From: Promethearchaeati archaeon
GTDB lineage: Archaea > Asgardarchaeota > Heimdallarchaeia > JABLTI01
DNA length: 24,039 nucleotides
Assembly (NCBI GenBank): GCA_013166835.1
Contig: JABLTI010000046.1
Location: 1 to 24,039 of the forward strand
Direction of reading: 5' to 3'
Below, piece after piece: positions 18,122-24,039 of the stretch. Every line of letters begins with the position of its first letter. Position 1 is the stretch's first letter. The position numbers and the translations under genes are program-made. A model generated the notes under the pieces. The model had not been told where the DNA came from. It ran no database searches and saw only the letters and a program-made list of their open reading frames with translations.

Positions 18122-18865
18122 TTGTCGCGAAATAAAATTAATGACTTGGCATTAGCCAGAGAAACACAATTAATGTTTACTTACACAGAAGGATTCAGTC
18201 CTATAGGAAGTGAACTTAATCGGTGGAAAGGTGAAATTCTTGTCAAGATACCTCAAGGAGAACGAGCAATACCAGTTGAAGTATTGGTTCCCCTAAAGTA
18301 TCCTGAATATCCACCAAAGGTTATTGTCCTAGAGAAGAATATTCAGCATCCAAATATTGAGAAGAACGGAAATGTGTTGCTGAAGATTACTCACGAGTGG
18401 AAACCTGATATACATGTTTATCAAGTAATTCATGCTTTACAAAATCTATTCAAAAAAGTTCCTCCACAATTTACTGATACTGCTGGTGCAAAAATCATAA
18501 GTAAAAAAGCAACAGTACAATCAATTGATTCTGCTACAAGTGCAAACCAACAAAAAGTGGATACTGTAAATCTAACTATAACATCTTTACAAGACGAAAT
18601 AAAAGCGAAAGATGATGAATTACGAAAACTACGAGCGGAATTAGTAAAAGGATCAAATGAGAAAATTGCGATAGTGCTACCAAAAGATAAAGCTAAAAGT
18701 GAGAAATTAATGATACAAGCAAAAAGCATAGCAATTGCAGATCTTCTTTCCACTCTCGATGAGAAATTCAAAGATGGAGAAATCAGTCCAGTTGATTTTT
18801 CAAAACTTTACAGAAAATACACAAAAGAATTGTATTTAATTCATAAGGAATTAGAATCGAAATAA
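18122..18865 (+). CDS. vps23: ESCRT-I Vps23/TSG101-like protein (UEV, coiled coil, steadiness box)
   Basis: E2 fold YPEYPPKV...HPNIEKNGNVLL...W with no catalytic Cys; coiled coil; C-terminal AIADLLSTLDEKFKDGEISPVDFSKLYRKY; adjacent to Vps28. Confidence 0.88.
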   Translation: MSRNKINDLALARETQLMFTYTEGFSPIGSELNRWKGEILVKIPQGERAIPVEVLVPLKYPEYPPKVIVLEKNIQHPNIEKNGNVLLKITHEWKPDIHVYQVIHALQNLFKKVPPQFTDTAGAKIISKKATVQSIDSATSANQQKVDTVNLTITSLQDEIKAKDDELRKLRAELVKGSNEKIAIVLPKDKAKSEKLMIQAKSIAIADLLSTLDEKFKDGEISPVDFSKLYRKYTKELYLIHKELESK

Positions 18866-18880
18866 AAAGAGGAAATAAAA

Positions 18881-19519
18881 ATGTCATATTCGTCTAAAAA
18901 CAAATCACAAATTGAATTGGAAGCAGAATTATTCTCATGCATTGCTACCATAGATAATTTAAGTCATAGTTTTACAGATGGAATTTTGGATCCAGGAATG
19001 TATCGTCGACAATTACGAGCACTAATTAGAGATGCATTTAAGGCTCGCTTTCAGCTACAAAAACAAGGTTTTGATTTGGAAGGTTTTCTTGCTCGAGAGA
19101 ATATTGTAAAGAAATATCCGTATGGCGCAGAAAAACTTCGATTTGCTGAAGGAGTTGTACCAATTACTATTGATGACTCTGTGGAAACCGTAGCTATGCC
19201 ATTTGCTTCAATGAAAAATCTACCAGCAAAAAGCGCTGATTTTGTTGCAGGTGCTATAGAACTAATTGATTTGTTAAGACTTGGTTCCGTTGCCAGGGTT
19301 GAACTAATAGTTCCGAACCTTGATGAAATGGAAGCAATTCTAATAGATTTTCCAGGATACGGTAAAGATTCTGAGGTTGTCGAAGAAATAAAGAATTGGA
19401 AAGAAATGCTTGCAGCAAAACCACCCGATGAAGTCCTAGAAGAGGGCTTAATAAAACGATTAGAATTTGAAGCTGTAAGATGGTTAAATGGGTTCAGAAG
19501 ATCATTAAGAAATCCATAA
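18881..19519 (+). CDS. vps28: ESCRT-I Vps28-like protein
   Basis: AELFSCIATIDNL...DGIL...Y...L N-terminal signature; C-terminal bundle FV...IELIDLLRLG...W...L...RLEFE; 15 nt downstream of Vps23. Confidence 0.88.
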   Translation: MSYSSKNKSQIELEAELFSCIATIDNLSHSFTDGILDPGMYRRQLRALIRDAFKARFQLQKQGFDLEGFLARENIVKKYPYGAEKLRFAEGVVPITIDDSVETVAMPFASMKNLPAKSADFVAGAIELIDLLRLGSVARVELIVPNLDEMEAILIDFPGYGKDSEVVEEIKNWKEMLAAKPPDEVLEEGLIKRLEFEAVRWLNGFRRSLRNP

Positions 19520-19588
19520 ATCATTTTGATTTCAGTCTTTTACTACAAAGTATTTGAAAAATCTAACAGCTATCAAGAGGTAAGGCAC

Positions 19589-19891
19589 ATGCGTGGAAAT
19601 CCTGTAGCATACAGAAACTTATTCCGACATTTACGTGAAATACTAAATTATCTTGAGATAGCATTAGATGCAGATTTCGTATTAGAAGAATTAAATTCTG
19701 CAATATATGAATGCGAGAAAACATTTGGTAAAAGACATCAATGTACCATTCAACTTCGAAATCAAATGAAGGATTTATACAAAAAATACATAGAAAGAAA
19801 GGCTTTACCACTTCAAGAAAAAGATGAGAAAAAACTGAGAAATAAAATTAACGAATTATTGAAGAAGTATTATCAAAAACCACCGACATAG
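19589..19891 (+). CDS. Hypothetical all-helical protein within the ESCRT cluster
   Basis: ATG 19589 preceded by GAGGT (frame open from 19526); 100 aa; same strand, between Vps28 and Vps22. Confidence 0.72.
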   Translation: MRGNPVAYRNLFRHLREILNYLEIALDADFVLEELNSAIYECEKTFGKRHQCTIQLRNQMKDLYKKYIERKALPLQEKDEKKLRNKINELLKKYYQKPPT

Positions 19892-19960
19892 ATGGCTAGA
19901 TAATTCGAAACGTTATAATTATAATTCGTCCCTAAAAATCCTAGTGAGGTAAGAAGAATC

Positions 19961-20686
19961 ATGGGTTTAAGAGATATAGAAAAGAAAATTAGAGTAAAAT
20001 CTGCATACAAAACAAAAGAAGCCGAATTAATGATTAATGATCTTGAACGTATGCTGGAAAATATACGTGAGCTTCATAGTCAGTTAAAGAAATTCGAAAA
20101 GAAATGGAAGAAAGATATAGAGAAAAATAAAGACTCCTATAATAAATTAGTGGAACTTAGACAAGAACTAGGATTACCAAATGAATTAGGAATATATGAA
20201 TGGAAAGAAAGTGCAACATTTTGGGATAAAGTAGGTGGTGGAGATTTCTTCGAACGACTTGGTGTTGAGATCTTAGAAAAAGCCAAAGAAATTCAAGAAT
20301 ATACAGGTGGTTTAATGACTCTTGGTGAAGTTGTTTTACTTGTCAATAAAGATCGTCCTGGCAAAATTATTCCATCAAAAGATGTTGTAGAAGCTATTGA
20401 AAAACTTTCCAATGCTAAACTCATCCCTAAACCAAAAGAATTGAAGAGTGGAGTTGTCCTTGTAGAATTCATTCCAGCAAATCTATCTGATGATCAAGAA
20501 GAAGTTCTTGCTCTTTCGACCAGAAAAGGTTGGATTTCAATGGAAGAACTATTGCTAAAAACTAGATGGACACAAGAGAGATGTGAGCGTGCACTTGAAT
20601 CTATGAGAGATGCAGGTATTGCTCGAGTAGATGCAAGTTATGCAGAAGGCAAGAAATATTACTTCCCAGGTTTAGGCGGAAGATAA
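19961..20686 (+). CDS. vps22: ESCRT-II Vps22/Vps36-like (EAP30) protein
   Basis: N-terminal MGL..I helix, GDFFERLGVEILE...TGGLMTL, DVVEAIEKL, LSDDQEEVL, WTQER...L...G...VD, YYFPGL; tandem winged helices; GAGGT SD. Confidence 0.9.
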   Translation: MGLRDIEKKIRVKSAYKTKEAELMINDLERMLENIRELHSQLKKFEKKWKKDIEKNKDSYNKLVELRQELGLPNELGIYEWKESATFWDKVGGGDFFERLGVEILEKAKEIQEYTGGLMTLGEVVLLVNKDRPGKIIPSKDVVEAIEKLSNAKLIPKPKELKSGVVLVEFIPANLSDDQEEVLALSTRKGWISMEELLLKTRWTQERCERALESMRDAGIARVDASYAEGKKYYFPGLGGR

Positions 20687-20710
20687 AAGTTCTACTTGTA
20701 AAATGAAAAT

Positions 20711-20734
20711 ATTATCAGCTTAATTGCTGATAAT
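20711..20734. terminator. Likely bidirectional terminator hairpin between convergent genes
   Basis: ATTATCAGC-TTAATT-GCTGATAAT, with T-rich runs on both strands. Confidence 0.6.
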
Positions 20735-20742
20735 CTTTATTT

Positions 20743-22092
20743 TTATTCATTATTTTCTTCATAAGTAAATTCTATAGTCTTAGGTTTTCTTCTCTTCTTT
20801 TTCGCAGGTTCTTTCTTAATCTCTTCTTCAAAAGATATTTCTTTTGGTGCTTCTTCTTTGTCTTTATCTTGCTCTTTTCTAAATTGGATTCCTTCCATAA
20901 CATAGGCGTATACTAAGAATCCAGATATAGCAACCAGAATTAAAACACCAACACCGATTTTCCAAGGCATCAAATAATTCGGAAGACGTCCCATTGCACG
21001 CATTTCTTCTATCCACGTATAGTACGCAACTTTGGAGTCTCCAGAATGTGTGCATAATCCAGCAGTGCTGTGAGGTTCCAATAAAGGAGAATAAACCAAG
21101 CTAAGATAACCAGAAGGATAATCATAGATAGTATACCAGCAAAGAAACTCCAAATCGTTTTCGAAATTTTCAATAACATTGAAAAGATAACGAACGAATT
21201 CTCCTTGATAAGCAAAAGATCCACCATGTCGACTATCAGAGATAGTATAAATATTCGTAATTGCAAAATTCTTTGTAGTTAAACTAGTGAAATTGGAGAA
21301 TTTTTCAAGAGTTTCTGATTCATTAAGAAAAGCGAGACCACCATATTTATCCGTAAATACTCTACAAGAAAGGCCATAAATATCACAAGAATTATCAAAA
21401 TTACCAATAATTGGTTCTATATTTCTTAAATCAAAGGGAGCCTGATAGCGAAAGATGGAAAGAACTTGCGTGTCACTGTAGTTTGTTTTCACAAAATCAT
21501 ATAATTGTTCACACAGATCGACGTAATCATCGAGCATAACTGTATTGGTCATTATTGAACTAGAATAATTAAAAAATGATTCAAAGATTCCATTAATCTC
21601 TGAACCATAGCTAATATAATCTAAATCGATGATTTCCATTATATCAATAGTCAAATTTCGTAAGGTATTAACGACAGCAGTATCATTAAATCGTACAGTT
21701 GCTTCAGCTGGGGTAGAGTAAAAAGTGAAATTGTTGAAAGGATATGCAAATGTGGTAGTATTACTATAAATCACATTAATTGCTAAAGAAGCATTTATCT
21801 GAGGATATTTCGATAAATAAAATTCCTGCCACTCGATAATAGGTGTTAATGTATAATTCAGATGATCCCAACCATAATCTCTATGTTCAATTTGAGCACC
21901 CATCTCAATTGCTTTTTGATATCCAGCATCAATAAATTCTGTCGCACCATTCAAACCATTTATCATTGAAAAACCAATTTTAACATTTTCCCCATAGGAT
22001 TCAACCATAGGAGCACTTGTTGTAAACTGGGCAAAGATTGGAAGGATTAGTAAGATGATAATTACAGAAACAGCAACTTGAGATTTTTTCAA
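20743..22092 (-). CDS. Secreted, membrane-anchored glycoside-hydrolase-like (clan GH-A TIM barrel-like) protein
   Basis: Signal peptide; YGWD, YISYGSEIN, DIYGLS, FAITNIY, WYTIYD, GL...GDSKVAY..W; C-terminal TM plus charged tail; many N-x-S/T sequons. Confidence 0.62.
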   Translation of the reverse strand: MKKSQVAVSVIIILLILPIFAQFTTSAPMVESYGENVKIGFSMINGLNGATEFIDAGYQKAIEMGAQIEHRDYGWDHLNYTLTPIIEWQEFYLSKYPQINASLAINVIYSNTTTFAYPFNNFTFYSTPAEATVRFNDTAVVNTLRNLTIDIMEIIDLDYISYGSEINGIFESFFNYSSSIMTNTVMLDDYVDLCEQLYDFVKTNYSDTQVLSIFRYQAPFDLRNIEPIIGNFDNSCDIYGLSCRVFTDKYGGLAFLNESETLEKFSNFTSLTTKNFAITNIYTISDSRHGGSFAYQGEFVRYLFNVIENFENDLEFLCWYTIYDYPSGYLSLVYSPLLEPHSTAGLCTHSGDSKVAYYTWIEEMRAMGRLPNYLMPWKIGVGVLILVAISGFLVYAYVMEGIQFRKEQDKDKEEAPKEISFEEEIKKEPAKKKRRKPKTIEFTYEENNE

Positions 22093-22094
22093 GA

Positions 22095-22940
22095 TTATCC
22101 ACTTCTCCTTTTCTGAGAGCTTTTAGAAGAAGATTTCTTAGATGTAGTTGTCTTTTTCGGTTCTCTAGGAGTGAGATCTATAGTTCCAACTACTTTACCC
22201 TTCTTTTTCTTCGATTTTTTGGCTTCAAGATCAAGTCTAGTTCCTCGAGTATCAATTCGAGTTGCTTGTTTCATACGGATAACAGAACCTGTTATAATGA
22301 ACATCGCAAAAACAACCACTAATTTAATGAGATCTTGCCAAATGATAACTCGGAACATAATAAGGTCATATGCTATCCCAATTGCTGCCCCAGAGAAAAT
22401 CTGATTCCAAACACCCGATTCGTTTTCTAATAAGTCATAATCAGCTTTTGCTGTGATCGTTACAAAAATGGCTATAACAACAAGAATTGGAAGTGTAGCG
22501 AAAAAGAAGAGATTGAAGAGATATGTTTCTATAACTGAATTTATAGTTAAAGCAAAAGAAAAGCCCGAAAGAATATATAAAATGGATGGTCTGAAAATAG
22601 CTAAATGAGGTCCATCTGTAGGATGCTCTTCTGTGTAATTTTCAAGATTACGCTTAAGGAATACAGAAATCAAGATGAAAAATGTTCCAAGCGCTATGTA
22701 CTTGAATACATTAATGTACCAATGATATCTGAGTCTGAACAAGTCAAAAGCAAGTCCAAACATGAAACCCACAAGGAGTATAGAATAACTTTTTGTTTCT
22801 TCAGAAAATTCACCACCAGATCTTCCTAATACCCGAGAGCATAAAATGCCACTAAGAACTAAAATAATAAACGAAGGTATTAGTGATCTTACAAGTAAAT
22901 AATAAGAAACAATAATATTAAACGCAAAACCCATTGCCAC
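22095..22940 (-). CDS. Polytopic (~8 TM) membrane protein with internal repeats and basic C-terminal tail; true start probably near 23072
   Basis: The first TM continues upstream of GTG 22940 (LVIWLLLAG). The protein-like frame continues to ~23072 through five in-frame stops (see findings). Confidence 0.72.
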   Translation of the reverse strand: MAMGFAFNIIVSYYLLVRSLIPSFIILVLSGILCSRVLGRSGGEFSEETKSYSILLVGFMFGLAFDLFRLRYHWYINVFKYIALGTFFILISVFLKRNLENYTEEHPTDGPHLAIFRPSILYILSGFSFALTINSVIETYLFNLFFFATLPILVVIAIFVTITAKADYDLLENESGVWNQIFSGAAIGIAYDLIMFRVIIWQDLIKLVVVFAMFIITGSVIRMKQATRIDTRGTRLDLEAKKSKKKKGKVVGTIDLTPREPKKTTTSKKSSSKSSQKRRSG

Positions 22941-23174
22941 GCCAGCAAGTAATAACCAAATAACGAGTTATTTTTATTTTATAAAATCTAATCCAAAAAG
23001 ATAGGATTAATTAGCGAAATAATATCGATTGAGTATTCTAGTTTTAATCTCTTCAGACTATTAATTCTCAATATAATTTGAGATATTTTATTCTTTCCAT
23101 GATTTTTAACATATAACAATTAAAAAATTAATCAAAAAAAAAGAAGTAAAAAATAAAAAAAAGAGAAAGAAAAG

Positions 23175-23474
23175 CTATTGCTTTTGCAATTCAATTTCTT
23201 TACCAAAAGAATGGGATAATCCTTTTTGTAATCGAAAGATTAACTCGGTAGCTTCAGCGAAAGTTAATTTAATAGCATTAACCTGATTTGGTTCAGCGAA
23301 TTTTGTTAAAACAATTCGAACTGAACCACTCGTTAACCAACGACCATCCTTTAGATAGGGGTCTTCAATGTAAACTTGCATACTATTTGATCTCTGTTTA
23401 TTGTAGAAATGAACAATGTCACAGATACGGGTACCATTATTATGGAAAGTGGTTGTTGTTTGTTCTGTTGCCAT
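23175..23474 (-). CDS. Small hypothetical protein, possibly PC4/Whirly-like nucleic-acid-binding fold
   Basis: Beta-rich N-terminal part followed by IKLTFAEATELIFRL helix; fold call is inference only. Confidence 0.6.
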   Translation of the reverse strand: MATEQTTTTFHNNGTRICDIVHFYNKQRSNSMQVYIEDPYLKDGRWLTSGSVRIVLTKFAEPNQVNAIKLTFAEATELIFRLQKGLSHSFGKEIELQKQ

Positions 23475-23580
23475 ATATTTCAACTCTGAAAAATGTCCTA
23501 CTTATTAATTCGCTGTTTTGTATTTAAAGACCCAAATTAAAAGAAAAATGAGAGGAGATTGACGAAAGTATTAACAAAAA

Positions 23581-23695
23581 GAGAAGAACGAGATTCGAAC
23601 TCGCGCGTGCTTTCACACAATAGCTGACAAGCGATGGATCTTTCCTGAAACCAAAGATTCCAGGCTATCGCCGTACCAGGCTCGGCCACCGCAGC
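23581..23695 (-). tRNA. tRNA-Ser(GGA) with 32-nt intron at 37/38; 3' acceptor strand defective as sequenced
   Basis: GCTGCGG-TG-GCCG AGCCTGGTA CGGC-G-ATAGC CT GGA A [intron 23657-23626] A GCTAT, long variable arm GTGT GAAA GCAC, T arm GCGAG TTCGAAT CTCGT, then TCTTCTC instead of CCGCAGC. Confidence 0.85.
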
Positions 23696-23775
23696 ATGTT
23701 TTGCATCTACATCTGATTAGTACTCTTTTTTTAGTTTTCCGCTAGGAACGATTTTAAGCCTTTCCATACTTGAAA

Positions 23776-24039
23776 TTACTTTTCAGTTTTTAAGACCCAA
23801 AATCCTGATCCTTTAGCTAAGACTTCAAATGAACCATATGCTTCTGTCAACAGTTTTTGCATTGATTTTAAGCCTTTCTTTTTTGGAACAACAATTTGTA
23901 GTGTTCCTTTCTCTCGCAAGTGTTCTTTTGATACAATAACAAGTTCGGTGAGTATTTTCTTCCCTGCCATGAGTGGTGGATTAGCAATTATGGAATCAAA
24001 TACCAAGTCTTTAAAGGGTTCATACAGATGCCCTTGCTT
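23776..24039 (-). CDS. Class I SAM-dependent methyltransferase (RsmC/MTS-like), 3' part only
   Basis: Open to the right edge: KQGHLYEPFKDLVFDSIIANPPLMAGKK...L...GTLQIV...GFWVL. Confidence 0.85.
   Translation of the reverse strand, partial: KQGHLYEPFKDLVFDSIIANPPLMAGKKILTELVIVSKEHLREKGTLQIVVPKKKGLKSMQKLLTEAYGSFEVLAKGSGFWVLKTEK

Noticed and set aside
18122-18865. Active E2 ubiquitin-conjugating enzyme
   Set aside because: No cysteine in the protein; C-terminal steadiness box and Vps28 neighbour indicate Vps23.
1231-22829. Antisense and alternate-frame ORFs in the track (e.g. 1231-1695, 5408-5731, 6451-6819, 13724-14035, 15404-15838, 19051-19524, 22171-22404)
   Set aside because: Fully overlap well-supported genes and have shadow-ORF composition with no motifs.
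22968-23063. Stop-codon reassignment (TAA/TAG read as sense)
   Set aside because: TAA and TAG terminate most well-conserved genes in this window at the expected positions.
23120-23174. A-rich tract as a repeat element
   Set aside because: Low complexity; explained as a U-tract terminator of the 23175-23474 gene and/or the local A-biased sequence quality.
23581-23600. tRNA 3' end as an att site of an integrated element
   Set aside because: No integrase and no duplicated tRNA 3' fragment in the window; flanking genes look chromosomal; the mismatches follow a substitution pattern rather than a junction.
23626-23657. tRNA-Sec because of TTCA within the insert
   Set aside because: The 4-bp D stem and ATAGC/GCTAT stem place GGA as the anticodon; TCA lies inside the intron.
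22941-23695. DGR template repeat as the cause of the adenine bias
   Set aside because: No reverse transcriptase or second repeat copy in the window, and the A's are on the antisense strand of the affected genes.

Overview
AT-rich (~32% GC by eye) archaeal chromosomal segment, almost certainly from an Asgard archaeon. It carries a co-oriented ESCRT-I/II cluster (UEV-Vps23, Vps28, an unknown helical ORF, Vps22/36-like EAP30), a longin-like gene, an Exo5-type Fe-S nuclease, a Hel308/Ski2-like helicase with an inserted SWIM finger and a divergent RadA/Rad51 paralog with a long charged tail. Ordinary genes include CBS, rhodanese, two MFS transporters, HAD, HEAT-repeat, wHTH, OppF-type ATPase, several membrane/secreted proteins, an intron-containing tRNA-Ser(GGA) and a partial RsmC-like methyltransferase. 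No CRISPR array, transposase or integrase was seen. Main leads: (i) an uncharacterised ~100-aa protein with a kinesin-light-chain-type TPR-like motif between Vps28 and Vps22; (ii) a loose Exo5/SWIM-helicase/Rad51-paralog DNA-processing neighbourhood; (iii) a stretch near 22.96-23.70 kb where tRNA pairing defects and in-frame stops are all explained by N->A changes on the + strand, probably an assembly artefact. All family calls come from motif recognition by eye, not database searches.
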